A stretch of 64,000 nt of DNA, from NCBI GenBank assembly GCA_964016885.1, contig OZ024764.1, positions 16,616,001 to 16,680,000 of the forward strand, read 5' to 3'. Positions 1-12,642 of this stretch are shown in pieces. Position 1 is the first letter of the stretch. Each line of letters begins with the position of its first letter. The position numbers and the translations under genes were made by a program. The notes beneath the pieces were generated by a model. It was given only the letters and a program-made list of their open reading frames with translations. It made no database searches and had not been told where the DNA came from. Origin of the DNA: Eledone cirrhosa (taxonomy: Eukaryota).

Positions 1-255
1 TCAAGCTGAAGCATATAGACAATATGCCCCCACACCCCCCACCGCAATGTGGTTGTGGAGGTGCCACGGCAAAAAAAGCACCCAGCCCACACTGTAAAGT
101 GGACGTGTAGGCGCCACGAAAAAGCAGCCAGCACTCACTGTAAATGAGGTTGGTGTTAGGAAGGGCATCCAGGTGTAGAAATGAAGCCAGAATCAGTTCT
201 CGTCCCACCCTTGCAAGCAGGGAAAAGCGGACGTAAAATGAAATGATGATGATGA
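1..255 (+). mobile_element. RTE 3' UTR at window edge
   Basis: Matches 46628-46815 and ends in the CCCACCCTTGCAAGCAGGG..(GAT)n tail. Confidence 0.8.
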
Positions 256-355
256 TATATATATTAATTCAAAATATTAACAAAAATAGATTGAGTGCTT
301 CCAATCTATTGTAAAACTCATTCTTTGATGTATTTATTGAACCTTGTTTAACTTT

Positions 356-398
<43 letters not shown>

Positions 399-484
399 GT
401 ACGTTATTCCGGGTTGAATCGGAGGTAACCACAGTAAGTAAGGTACTCAATACATTGCAGAGTATAAAAGTTTTAATAAGATTC

Positions 485-743
485 CTGAGATGATAGGGAC
501 TGGGGTCCCTATCATTCCACTGCAAAGTGGTCGTGGAGGTGCCACGGCAAAAAAAGCACCCATCACTCACTGTAAATGAGGTTGGTGTTAGGAAGGGCAT
601 CCAGCTGTAGAAATCAAGCCAGAATCAGTTCCTGTATGAGCAAGGCATGGTCAGCCGACCAGACACTGCCCACAACAGGACAACCCGTCTAACCCATGCT
701 AGCGTGGAAGAACGGACGTAAAACGGTGATGATGATGATGATT
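485..743 (+). mobile_element. 5'-truncated SINE/RTE-tail chimera
   Basis: SINE-A body followed by the 3' end found at 46815-46926. Confidence 0.7.
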
Positions 744-1147
744 TCTGATTTAGGCACAAGGCCAGCAATTTTATGGGAAAGGGGCAAAAGTTGATTAAAT
801 CAACCCCCAGTGCATTACTGGTATTTCATTTTATAATACCCTAAAAAATTGAATAAAACATTGGTTAGGCAATACATGTATGACAACATTGAAACACCAT
901 AGTGGTGGTGGTGACAGTTGACAGAGAGAAAGGTGGTGTGTATGGTGTAGTGTGAACAGCTACAAGGATAGGGGGTATAAGGGGTTAGCTATTAATACAT
1001 GCAGGTTCAACATTGCCAGCATTCCCAAAGAAAACAAAACAGAAAAAAACAAAAAAAAACAACATCTCAAACTGCAGTAGTAGTAGTGGTGGTAGGAGGG
1101 GAGAGGGGGGGGGGGGGGGTCGGGGTTAGGGACACACCGTGACTTTC

Positions 1148-1165
1148 TTACCCTTTCCACATCCA
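1148..1165 (-). CDS. HIP1: Possible last coding exon WMWKG*
   Basis: tctgtacag acceptor followed by TGG ATG TGG AAA GGG TAA in phase 0; no homology support. Confidence 0.25.
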   Translation of the reverse strand, partial: WMWKG

Positions 1166-1241
1166 CTGTACAGATATATATATATATTTAGATATATAAA
1201 TGTTTATATATATAAATGTATGTATATATATATATATAAAT

Positions 1242-1281
<40 letters not shown>

Positions 1282-1299
1282 GTACATATAAATGTATAT

Positions 1300-1686
1300 G
1301 CCTTGCCTAAATATAAAGCGAAACCTACAGTCAGTAGGCACCTCTAACAAAAATACACCCCTGTCTCACTACCCCCACCCCATCCACACCACCCCTTTCA
1401 ATGTAAAGTTATGTTGGTACCACAACATCCACTCCTAAATAAATGAGGTCGTGTAGGTGTCACGACAAAAAAACACACAGTCCACGCTGTAATGTGGCCG
1501 TGTAGGTAACATGGTAAAAACCTCCCAGTCCACACTGTAAACGTGGTTGGTGTTAGGAAGGGCATCCAGCCGTAGAAAACCCGCCAGACAGTCCTATACG
1601 AGCAAGACAACCAATCTTGCCTCAAGTGGGAAAATTCCCGTCCAAACCCATGCAAGTGTGGAAGATGGACGTTAAACGATGATGAT
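1300..1686 (+). mobile_element. RTE subfamily 2 3' UTR
   Basis: Same sequence as 29480-29993. Confidence 0.82.
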
Positions 1687-1709
1687 ATACATACATATAC
1701 ATATAAATG

Positions 1710-1740
<31 letters not shown>

Positions 1741-1831
1741 ATATACATATACATATATATGTATACACATGTGTGTGTGCGTATATATATGCATGTGTGT
1801 GTGTGTATGTATGTTCATTTTTTATCATTTT

Positions 1832-2418
<587 letters not shown>

Positions 2419-2602
2419 CTATTGAAACGGCTGGAGCTCAGACGACGGGGTCCTGAATTTTTTCATATATATATATAGATAGATAGATAGATATTCATAC
2501 ATCTGTACCTATGTGTGAGATAGTGGAAGGGCAATGAGGAGCAATAGAAGAGTCACAATGAGAGTGGAGGGTCACATGGAGAGGAGTTTGGCTATTTGGT
2601 AC

Positions 2603-2647
2603 CTGTTCTGTATCAGACTGGTCTTGTTTCTCTAGGGCCTCAAGTTC
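2603..2647 (-). CDS. HIP1: Candidate C-terminal exon ELEALEKQDQSDTEQ (or read-through to stop at 2495)
   Basis: ttttgtgccag acceptor in phase 0; weak CAG/gtacca donor; without splicing the frame stays open to TGA at 2497-2495. Confidence 0.5.
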
Positions 2648-2710
2648 CTGGCACAAAATAAACCAATTTTATTTCAAAAAGAAAAAAAAATAGAAAAAAA
2701 AACAGAGGTT

Positions 2711-3115
2711 GAAATATACAGATTCCACCCCTATTTACTAAACACCTTGAAAAATAAACAGATTCCACCCCTATTTACTAAACACCTTGAAAAATATACA
2801 GATTCTACCCCTATTTACTAAACAATCAGAAAAATATACAGATTCCACCCCTATTTACTAAACAATCAGAAAAATATATACAGATTTCACCCCTATTTAC
2901 TAAACAATCAGAAAATATACAGATTCCATCCGTATTTAGTAAACAGCCAGAAAAATATACAGATTCCACCCCTGTTTACTAAACAGCCTGAAAAAATATA
3001 CAATTTCCACCCCTATTTACTAAACAGCAAGAAAATATACAGATTCCACCCCTGTTTACTAAACAACCTGAAAATATACAGATTCCACCCCTGTTTACCT
3101 AACAGCCTGAAAAAC
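2711..3115. repeat. Minisatellite, about 40-bp unit x10
   Basis: tacagattccacccctatttactaaac every 40 nt. Confidence 0.9.
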
Positions 3116-3299
3116 AAACATTAAAAAAAAAAACTCAGATTAGAGAACTTCCAGAGTATGTATGTGTGTGTATATATATATATATATCAAGGGCGGTGCC
3201 CCAGCATTGCCTCAGCCAGATGGCTGAAACAGGTAAAAGAGTAAAAGAGATATGGACACACACACACACCTATATATCAATATACCCACATACACACAG

Positions 3300-3332
<33 letters not shown>

Positions 3333-3388
3333 TATATGTATATATGTATATAAATATCATCATTTAACACCCATCTTAAACGATGGTG

Positions 3389-3429
<41 letters not shown>

Positions 3430-3555
3430 GTCATATTTAAATTGTTGGGATACAACAAGCAAATATTTTTATAACTGATATAAAGCACTCAACAAATTAT
3501 TGGAGTAAAAATATGATATATTAATAAATGGAAACTATATTTATAAAACCATATT

Positions 3556-3620
3556 TATTTCATTATACATATTTCAAGGACACCAAGTTAAATTATGGTG
3601 TGCTTTCATCAGATAAAATA
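3556..3620 (-). ncRNA. Type-I hammerhead ribozyme motif, family A
   Basis: TATTTTAT-CTGATGA-stem II (aag..acacca/tggtgt..ctt)-GAA-ATATGTAT-A^ATGAAATA. Confidence 0.6.
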
Positions 3621-3799
3621 TAATATAGATCAGTTTTATAAATAAATATTGACATACCCTTAAAGAATGCGACCATTTCTGTTGGAAGCTCCGGATATAG
3701 CTCCCACTATATACATATACATATACACACACAGAGGAATATATTGTGGAAGTAAAAACTCAGTGAAAGTCTGAGAGAGAAGCCATCACTCGTACGTAC

Positions 3800-3913
3800 C
3801 TCTTCTACGTCCCATCCTTCACTCTCACCAGCCAGCTGGTAGTGATGTTTCCGTATATTATTTAACTTCTCATGTTCATTCTTTAGGTCCTTCTCCATCT
3901 CAAGAATATGTAC
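3800..3913 (-). CDS. HIP1: HIP1 exon: VHILEMEKDLKNEHEKLNNIRKHHYQLAGESEGWDVEE
   Basis: caccag/gtacgt; 114 nt; latch helix RK.HY.LAG..EGW. Confidence 0.93.
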
Positions 3914-4423
3914 CTGGTGATTAAAATAGACACAGGTAGATAATAGTTTAGTACAGTGGTTCCCAAATGGTGCGGTGAGCCTCATATGTGTGGCAGGGTA
4001 GCATAGCAGGTGTGGTAGAATGATTTTAGTTGTGACAAATATTATCAAAACCCAAAAAAAGGGAAAGGCTTCTTTGTGTTGAGGAGATGAGAGTTTGTTT
4101 ATCTCAAATTAGGTCTAATATAAAGGAGATTACTTGTCAAAAACAAGCTCACACTTTCATTAAATTTGTGTACTTGAATCATATTATATATATATATATA
4201 CCTTAACATAAGTATGAGCATCCAGTTATGGCTGGTGTGAACAGAAAAAGGTGAGAGGATTCTGTCTGGATATGGCTGGTTTAAATAATAAAGGGTTAAT
4301 ACAAGAATAATATGTAATTTCAGGGACTTGGTTGCCATTTTTAACAAGACATGTGGTCACATAGAGGCTCTCTTGTTGCTAAATCCTAAAGACCCAGTCT
4401 TCAGCTGTGACAAAACAACTCAC

Positions 4424-4485
4424 CTTAATTTGCATTTCTTGTTTCTTTGTCTGATGTAAATTTAGACTAGAAAAGTCCATTAAAC
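4424..4485 (-). CDS. HIP1: HIP1 exon: LMDFSSLNLHQTKKQEMQIK
   Basis: ttgcag/gtgagt; 62 nt, phase 1->0; MDFS...K..EM motif. Confidence 0.93.
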
Positions 4486-4916
4486 CTGCAAGAAAGACAT
4501 TGATATGGTTAACGATAATTTAGTGCAAAAATAGCAGGAACAGCTGATGCAGTAATGTGCCAGCTGCTGCATTTGGTCAACAGAAGGGAGCTAAATAAGA
4601 CAACAACCAAACTATCTCTTCTTTAAGAGCATTTGCCCCTACCTTCCACAATTTTTTCTTGGCAACATATATTTTTTCACGCTTTTTAATAACAATATAC
4701 CGTGTTTGTCAGCCTATATTTTACGTTATGTTTTGATGTTTATATCGGGGGGTCAACTTTATATAACACAACAACCAAGCTGTCAACTTACTCTCTTCTT
4801 CAATAGCAACAATATACCGTGTTTGTCAGCCTATATTTTACGTTATGTTTTGATGTTTATATCGGGGGGGTCAAGGGTCAACTTTATATAACACAACAAC
4901 CAAGCTGTCAACTTAC

Positions 4917-5146
4917 TCTCTTCTTCAATAGCATTTGCCCCAGTCTTAGCTGATCCGATCACTTTTCCAGCCGCCTGATTCACCTTCTTTGATGCATCTG
5001 TTAGTTCTGAAAGATGTTTACTGTTCCTGTCAGCTTTCACCTTCGAAGCTACCACCAGCTGGATTGTACTGGCTGCTATTTCTTTGGAACAAACTATCAA
5101 TTCCTCAAATTTCCCTTCTCCTTGTACCACTTTGTCGGCAGCCTCC
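4917..5146 (-). CDS. HIP1: HIP1 exon: [39 protein letters not shown]...AIEEE
   Basis: ttccag/gtaagt; 230 nt, phase 2->1; I/LWEQ E and Q blocks. Confidence 0.95.
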
Positions 5147-5164
5147 CTGGAACATACATATAAA

Positions 5165-5215
<51 letters not shown>

Positions 5216-5267
5216 CATATATATATACATGAATGTATGTATAGCATATTTGGCAATATACTATATA

Positions 5268-5306
<39 letters not shown>

Positions 5307-5376
5307 TATATACATGAATGTATGTTTAATTAAAAGCATTTAGAAGACCATAAGCTATCGGTTTTAAAGTAGTAAC

Positions 5377-5416
<40 letters not shown>

Positions 5417-5418
5417 AA

Positions 5419-6805
5419 TGGTGGTGGTGGTTACTTACATGGTGTGTAGTGGTGGTGGTGTGTAGTGGTGGTGGTGGTAGTGTAGTGGTGGTGGTAGCAT
5501 AGTGGTGGTGGTAGCGTAGTGGTGGTGGTGTGTAGTGGTGGTGGTGGTAGTGTAGTGGTGGTGGTGGTAGTGGTGGTGGTGGTGTGTAGTGGTGGTGGTG
5601 GTAGTGTAGTGGTGGTGGTGGTAGTGTAGTGGTGGTGGTGGTAGTGTAGTGGTGGTGGTGGTGGTGTGTAGTGGTGTGGTGGTAGTGTAGTGGTGGTGGT
5701 GGTGGTGTAGTGGGGGGGGGGTAGTGGCGGTGGTGTGTAGTGGTGGGGGGGGGTGTAGTGGTGGTGGTGTGTAGTGGTGGTGGAGGTGTGTGTGTACTTA
5801 CATTGTGGCAGTGGCCCCCCATCCGACAGCCTTGGCGGCAGAGAGGAGACCCTCGGTCCATCGGTGATGTTTGTTGTAAAACTCTTTGGCTGATGAGGCA
5901 CCCTGTCAGAGAGAGAGAGGGAGAGATAGAGAGGGAGACAGATATAGAAGGGGAGAGGGAGACAGATATAGAGGGAGGGAGAGACAGATATATTGGGAGA
6001 GAGAGAGACAGATATAGAGGGAGAGAGGGAGACAGATATAGAGGGAGAGAGAGAGACAGATAGAGAGGGAGAGAGGGAGACAGATATAGAGGGAGAGAAG
6101 GAAAGAGAGAGAGGGAGAGATAGAGAGGGAGACAGATATAGAGGGAGAGAGGGAGACAGATATAGAGGGAGAGAAGGAAAGAGAGAGAGGGAGAGATAGA
6201 GAGGGAGACAGATATAGAGGGAGAGAGGGAGACAGATATAGAGGGAGAGAAGGAAAGAGAGAGAGGGAGAGATAGAGAGGGAGACAGATATAGAGGGAGA
6301 GAGGGAGACAGATATAGAGGGAGAGAAGGAAAGAGAGAGAGGGAGAGATAGAGAGGGAGACAGATATAGAGGGAGAGAGGGAGACAGATATAGAGGGAGA
6401 GAAGGAAAGAGAGAGAGGGAGAGAGAGAGAGAGAGAGAGAGACAGATATAGAGGGAGAGAGAGAGACAGATATAGAGGGAGAGAGAGACAGATATAGAGG
6501 GAGAGAGAGAGACAGATATAGAGGGAGAGAGAGACAGATATAGAGGGAGAGAGAGACAGATATAGAGGGAGAGAGAGACAGATATAGAGGGAGAGAGAGA
6601 CAGATATAGAGGGAGAGAGAGACAGATAGAGAGGGAGAGAGAGAGACAGATATAGAGGGAGAGAGAGAGACAGATATATTGGGAGAGAGAGAGAGACAGA
6701 TATAGAGGGAGAGAGAGACAGATATAGAGGGAGAGAGAGACAGATAGATAGAGAGATAGATAGATAGAGAGTCACATATAGAGGGAAACATAGATAGAGA
6801 TACAT
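5419..6805. repeat. (GGT/GTA)n and GA-rich low-complexity tracts flanking exon 5802-5902
   Basis: Direct inspection. Confidence 0.9.
5802..5902 (-). CDS. HIP1: HIP1 exon: GASSAKEFYNKHHRWTEGLLSAAKAVGWGATAT(M)
   Basis: ctgacag/gtaagt; 101 nt, phase 0->2; I/LWEQ W block. Confidence 0.95.
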
Positions 6806-6986
6806 AGGGGGAGGGAGAGTGTATGTAGGGAGACAGGGATAAAATTATGTAGGAAGATCTTTATTTTAATAAGAACCCTTTAAAATGGGTGGTTTTATTT
6901 CATAGAACCAGAGAGGGTTTGGGCTGGGTTGGTAACTAAAGGGTCAAAATAGAAAAGAAAAAAAAAACATTTGATGTTTCACTTAC

Positions 6987-7049
6987 CCGCCCTTGGGCAA
7001 CAATTTCTTTTTGTAAATCTCGAGATTTTTCTACAAGAACTTTTATTGC
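6987..7049 (-). CDS. HIP1: HIP1 exon: AIKVLVEKSRDLQKEIVAQGR
   Basis: tttcag/gtaagt; 63 nt; LQKEIV..GR I/LWEQ block. Confidence 0.94.
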
Positions 7050-7355
7050 CTGAAAGATATAAAAACAAATGAGTTACTGTCAAAGCATGGCGTCCAACCC
7101 TCTACCGATACTGCCAATCCACTGCCCTTCTAATAATAATAATAATAATAATGAAATTATTGTGTACAGTTCTTAGGTGCACTACAACTCATCAAAGGTG
7201 CATGTATAGTACATAGAATAATACAACATACAAATATATACACAGGCAACACACACATATATATATATATATATATATTTATTAATGCTCTACGGTTCTT
7301 ATATATTTTCCTTATCGAGCCCTCTTTGGATTTTAGTCTTCAAATTTATTATTAT

Positions 7356-7434
<79 letters not shown>

Positions 7435-7562
7435 AAGTTATATTTAAAATTGTTGGGTTACAACTAGTAAATATTTATAACTGATATAAAAGCACTCGAC
7501 AAATACTTGGAGTATATTTACAATATTAAATAAATGGAAAACTATATTTATAAAACCATATT

Positions 7563-7628
7563 TATTTCATTATATATATTTCGGGGATATCATATTAACA
7601 ATATGCTATGCCTTCATCAGACAAAATA
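7563..7628 (-). ncRNA. Hammerhead motif family A (minus arm of palindrome)
   Basis: Mirror of 7786-7851. Confidence 0.6.
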
Positions 7629-7785
7629 CAATATAAACAGTTTTATAGATAAATATATTCGACATACCGTAATAAACATCAACTTCATTTGAAGAGGTTC
7701 ACTCTGCTAGAGTGAACCTCTTCAAATGAAGTTGATGTTTATTACGGTATGTCGAATATATTTATCTATAAAACTGTTTATATTG

Positions 7786-7851
7786 TATTTTGTCTGATGA
7801 AGGCATAGCATATTGTTAATATGATATCCCCGAAATATATATAATGAAATA
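7786..7851 (+). ncRNA. Hammerhead motif family A (plus arm)
   Basis: TATTTTGT-CTGATGA..CCCC-GAA-ATATATAT-A^ATGAAATA; stem I 8 bp with two G-U pairs. Confidence 0.6.
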
Positions 7852-7893
7852 AATATGGTTTTATAAATATAGTTTTCCATTTATTTAATATTG

Positions 7894-7938
<45 letters not shown>

Positions 7939-8064
7939 ATGTGTTGCCTGTGTATATATTTGTATGTTGTATATACAATGGCCAACTAGTAAAGGCAAGT
8001 AAATAATCAATAAGATCCCAGACATGTGACAAAATACTAAACCAAACATTAGTGATGTACTTAC

Positions 8065-8154
8065 CTGCATAAGTCCTGTACATGCATCCAAAATACTTTC
8101 GTTGACTTCCAGGTTTAAACCAGTTGAGTCTTCTTGTGTTTTCTTCAACATTTC
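8065..8154 (-). CDS. HIP1: HIP1 exon: EMLKKTQEDSTGLNLEVNESILDACTGLMQ
   Basis: ttgtag/gtaagt; 90 nt; LEVNE.IL..CT.LMQ motif. Confidence 0.94.
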
Positions 8155-8518
8155 CTACAAAGAAAGGTTTATACCGTCTATAGTCAACTACAGGAGATGG
8201 CAGCAAAGGCATACATGCTTACATGACTAGCTAGAGACAGTAGCCAAATGCCCTTAACGCTTTAGCATTTAAGAAATGGCTCTTTTGCTACAACTTGACC
8301 CTTTAATGTTCAAACTGGCCAAAACTGGCCAGAATTCTCTATCTTTTTCTGTTGAAACTGGCTGTAACTGGTCGCTCAAACTGATGTTAAGGTATTGTTC
8401 TCAAAATAAATACTTTCAAAATCTCATAGATTCGATATTATGTGAGATAATTATATGAGGTAAAGCCTTTACCATGAAAATATATATATATATATAAAAT
8501 GGTGAAGATGATGATATT

Positions 8519-8851
8519 TCATTTCATTTCACGTCTGCTTTTTCCCTGCTTGCAAGGGTGGGACGGGAACTGATTCTGGCTTGATTTCTACAGCTGGATG
8601 CCCTTCCTAACACCAACCTCATTTACAGTGAGTGTTGGGTGCTTTTTTGCCGTGGCACCTCCACGACCACTTTGCAGTGGAATGATAGGGACCCCAGTCC
8701 CTATCATCTCATTTCTACAGCTGAGTAAACTGGAGCAACGTGAAATAAAGTGTCTTGCTCAAGGAAACAACACATCACCCGGTCTGAGAATTGAACTCAC
8801 AACCTTTCGATTGCAAGGCCAATGCTCTAACCACTAAGCCATGTGCCTCCA
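8519..8851 (-). mobile_element. SINE family A
   Basis: Near-identical to 1832-2157. Confidence 0.88.
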
Positions 8852-8956
8852 TATATATGTATATAAAATGGTGATAATGATGATGATGATATATATGTAT
8901 ATAAAATGGTGATGATGATGATGATGATGATATATATATGTATATAAACCACCAAC

Positions 8957-9138
8957 CTCAATTTTACTGGCTGCTAAATCAATAGCACCTGTCGTTAACT
9001 GCATCTCTGATTCTACCATTTCTCCAATCTCCTTGTCTTTCACATCGGCAATCTTTGGTAACAAAGTCTCGGCACAGCTCTGCATCTTCTTTACATTTGA
9101 CAAAACTACATCAAACTGTTCCGACACAGAGTTTTGAT
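8957..9138 (-). CDS. HIP1: HIP1 exon: QNSVSEQFD...EIGEMVESEMQLTTGAIDLAASKIE
   Basis: atccag/gttggt; 182 nt, phase 1->0; upstream helix of THATCH. Confidence 0.91.
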
Positions 9139-9165
9139 CTGGATAAACGAAAAGAAAAGAAATTT

Positions 9166-9790
9166 ACAGCTCACATCTTTGTAGGTTTAGCTAGTCCCCT
9201 ACAAGCTTGTGTCTCATAGGAGGTTTCTCAGATGTTTTAATAAGGACTCCAGTCCTATCTTGTTGTTGTGACAGCTCGCACCTTTGTAGGTTTAGCTAGT
9301 CCCCTACAAGCTTGTATCTCATAGGAGATTTCTCAGGTGTTTTAATAAGGACTCCAGTCCTATCATCTTGTTGTGACAGCTCGCACCTTTGTAGGTTTAG
9401 CTAGTCCCCTACAAGCTTGTATCTCATAGGAGATTTCTCAGGTGTTTTAATAAGGACTCCAGTCCTATCATCTTGTTGTTACAGCTCGCACCTATGTAGG
9501 TTTAGCTGGCCACCTACAAGGTGGCATCTTGTGGGAAGTTTTTAGGGTGTTTTAATGATAGGGACTCCTGTCCTATCATGTTGTTACAGCTCACACCTTT
9601 GTAGGTTTAGCTGGCCACCTACAAGGTTGTAGCTCATAGGAAGTTTCCCAAGTGTTTTAATGATAGGGATCCCAGTCCTTTCATGTTGTTACAGCTCACA
9701 CCTTTGTAGGTTTAGCTGGCCTTCGACAAGGTTGTATCTCATGAGAAGTTTCTAGCATGTTTTAGAGATAGGGACCCCAATCCTATCATT
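9166..9790. repeat. About 105-bp minisatellite x6
   Basis: acagctcacacctttgtaggtttagct...gggac..agtcctatcat units. Confidence 0.88.
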
Positions 9791-9873
9791 TGTTCTGAAG
9801 GTGGTTAAAGAAGAACAACCACAACCACCACCACCATCACAACAACAACAACAACTAGAATTAGTTACTTTAC

Positions 9874-9939
9874 CTTCTTCTATTTGTGTTAAAGCTTTTA
9901 TACTTTCATCAACTGTGTTTTTACAAATTGCGATTAACT
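9874..9939 (-). CDS. HIP1: HIP1 exon: LIAICKNTVDESIKALTQIEE
   Basis: ttttcag/gtaaag; 66 nt, phase 1->1. Confidence 0.88.
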
Positions 9940-9954
9940 CTGAAAAATATAGAA

Positions 9955-10222
9955 ACAGTACAAATTAGAACCCTTATTTCTATCATATGTAGTACAGTAC
10001 CAATTAGAACCCTTATTTCTATCATATGTAGTACAGTACCAATTAGAACCCTTATTTCTATCATATGTAGTACAGTACCAATTAGAACCCTTATCTCTAT
10101 CATATGTAGTACAGTACCAATTAGAACCCTTATTTCTATCATATGTAGTACAGTACCAATTAGAACCCTTATTTCTATCATATGTAGTACAGTACAAATT
10201 AGAACCCTTATCTCTATCATAT
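9955..10222. repeat. 39-bp minisatellite x7
   Basis: acagtaccaattagaacccttatttctatcatatgtagt. Confidence 0.92.
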
Positions 10223-11416
10223 GATGTTTGGACAGATTGTTGTGAAAATTTGCTATATACTAACACCTCATGACATCACAGCTCATTTCTATAGATAAGT
10301 AAACTGGAGCAATGTGAAATAAAGAATCTTGCTCAAGAACACAACGCAAAGCCCGGTCTGATAATCGAACTCACAATTAAAGATTGTAAGCCTGAACTAA
10401 AGATTACACCTGATGTCCCCCCCTCCATAGACACGCACACATGTATATCATGACTTGTACACTGTTCATTTCCCTGACATTTGTACATTATTCTATGTAC
10501 TATATATGCACCTTTGATGAGTTGTAGTGTACCTGAGCACTGTACACAATATTTCATCATTATTATTATAAACATGAGTTTTTGGAGTAAAGATTGCTAT
10601 ATACTAACATATCAAAAGTATATATTGAGTTAAAAACTCACAATAGTCCCCTATAATCAAAATACCTGTACTAACATATAGATTTCATGTGGTTTGTTAA
10701 TTCAAATGTTTATAGTATCTTTACAGTATTACAGTAAAGACTTTAATATTTAATGTGATGTAGTCATAGTGTTGTTTTGTACTAAATGTTTATAGTATCT
10801 TTACTAGTGGATAGATTGTTGTGAAAATTTACAATACTAGAGTAAAGACTTCAATTTGCAATGTGGTGTATATTTAAGGTTCGTTTGTATATTTTAAGTA
10901 TGTTTGACTATTACGCTTATAGTTGCAACCAGTAGATAGTATCAGTAAAGGAAAGACCAATGGAAATATTGTTTACTTTTGGTCTGATTTGACGAGTTCC
11001 ACCCCACTCAGTAAGCAAATGAGAAATGAGATCTTGTCCATGAAACTCTTTAGTGGACAGATTGTCGTGAAAATTTGCAGTATTATCTCCCAACACCCTG
11101 TAATTATTTAGCAGAAAATATCTTAAACCAGGTTTGTTAATTCAAATGTTTATAATATCTTTAGTAGTGGACAGACTATTGTGAAAATTTGTAATATTTG
11201 AGTAAAGACTAATAATATTTAATGTGATGTACCCTGTAAAGTGGTAAAGTGGTAGTGCTGGTGCCATGGCAAAAATTACCCACCCTATCTTCCTTCTAAC
11301 CAGCACATCCACCACCACCACTACAACTAACAACACCACACCAACCAATAACACCATCACCACTACCAATACCAACCACCACCACCACCACTACTACAAC
11401 CAATACAAAGTCTTAC

Positions 11417-11524
11417 CTTCTCCAGCACTGAGCTGGGCAGAATGTGATGTTGCTAAGCCATACTGTACACTGTCTGCTAGTCTGTGTGAGAAAACCATCA
11501 TGGAACTGAGGAGTTCTTGGATTG
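11417..11524 (-). CDS. HIP1: HIP1 exon: IQELLSSMMVFSHRLADSVQYGLATSHSAQLSAGE
   Basis: ttccag/gtaaga; 108 nt, phase 1->1. Confidence 0.91.
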
Positions 11525-11567
11525 CTGGAATGGCAGAGAGAGAGAAGGAGAAAAGGGATAACTACAT

Positions 11568-11790
11568 ATCATCATCATCACCATTTTACGTCCGCTTTTT
11601 CCCTGCTTGCAAGGGTAGGACAGGTCCTATTCAGCACAGCATCTCTCCACTTGTCACGGTCCTTCGTCATCTCCTCCGTGAGCTTCAGCGATCTGAGGTC
11701 TGCTCTCACCACCTCCGACCATGTTTTTCGTGGTCTTCCTCTACCACAGCTTCCTTCTACTGGCATTTCTTGGCACTTCTTTACCCAGTG
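11568..11790 (-). mobile_element. RTE 3' end, subfamily 3 (short UTR); related fragment at 47903-48034 (+)
   Basis: VEGSCGRGRPRKTWSEVVRADL..DRDKWR then CCTTGCAAGCAGGGAAAAAGCGGACGTAAAATG(GAT)n. Confidence 0.85.
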
Positions 11791-11977
11791 ATAAAGATTA
11801 AACAATAAAACCTCGAGTGAGGAAGACAGGAGGCTGCATAAAGTGCAAGAATTGCAAGGGTTGGTGCAGTAATGCACCAGTTTCACCATTCAGTATCTTT
11901 AACCCTTTAGGTAAAAAGAGTTCAACAAAGGGAGGTAAAAAAGATGAAAAAAAAAAATAAGAAACGATTGAACTTAC

Positions 11978-12064
11978 ACGTTGAATCAGTCTTGAAGTTT
12001 TGCAGTGACGCAGCAAGTTTCTCTAGACATTCATAAACAGGTAATATTCGGTCAAGTAAATAAT
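11978..12064 (-). CDS. HIP1: HIP1 exon: YLLDRILPVYECLEKLAASLQNFKTDST
   Basis: ctgtag/gtaagt; 87 nt, phase 1->1. Confidence 0.9.
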
Positions 12065-12202
12065 CTACAGAATTAAAGAGACAAACAGAAGCAAATTTAA
12101 ACAATAAAACCTCGAGTGATGGAAGGCAGGAGGCTGCATAAAGTGCAAGAATTGCAAGGGTTGGTGCAGCAATGCACCAGCTTCACCATTCAGTATCTTT
12201 AA

Positions 12203-12408
12203 CCCTTTAGCATTTACATTACTTTATGTTTATTATTGTATTTTCGCAGTAAAGGCGTTAGCTTACATAATATCTCACATAATATTGAATCTATGAGATT
12301 TTGATATTATTTACCTTAACCTAGACATGAGTGGCTAGTTATAGCCAGTTTGAACAGAAAAAGGTAAGGGAATTCTGGCCAGTTATGGCCAGTTTAAATG
12401 CCAAAGGG
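12203..12408. mobile_element. piggyBac-type MITE (CCCTTT.GCATT TIRs, TTAA on both sides)
   Basis: TTAA|CCCTTTAGCATTTA ... TAAATGCCAAAGGG|TTAA. Confidence 0.8.
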
Positions 12409-12642
12409 TTAATTCAGTAATCAGAAGGGAGGTAGGAGTAAAAGACAAACTCACTGTCTTCAATTCGGTATTTGTGCCAACCCTTACCAATGGTTGTGAA
12501 GCTTGGGTAATGACTGAAAGAATACGATCGCGAATATAAGCGGCTGAAATGGGGTTTCTCTGAAGGATTATTGAGGTAATGTTACTCGACAGAGTGTGTA
12601 GCTCAGAGATCATAGAGTCACTCCAGTTAGAGTGTTACTTGT

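Larger units (their letters stand above)
7513..7901. repeat. Long palindrome, about 193-bp arms, 3-nt loop
   Basis: Symmetric about 7707 (cactct-gct-agagtg). Confidence 0.92.

Noticed and set aside
3658-3706. AG..GT-bounded segment WELYPELPTEMVAFFK as an extra exon
   Set aside because: It lies in the hammerhead-bearing repeat (the same gacatacc context occurs at 7661), is 49 nt long and lacks a pyrimidine tract.
4917-9138. Talin as the identity of the I/LWEQ gene
   Set aside because: Upstream exons encode an ANTH domain and HIP1-specific motifs, not FERM or talin rod domains.
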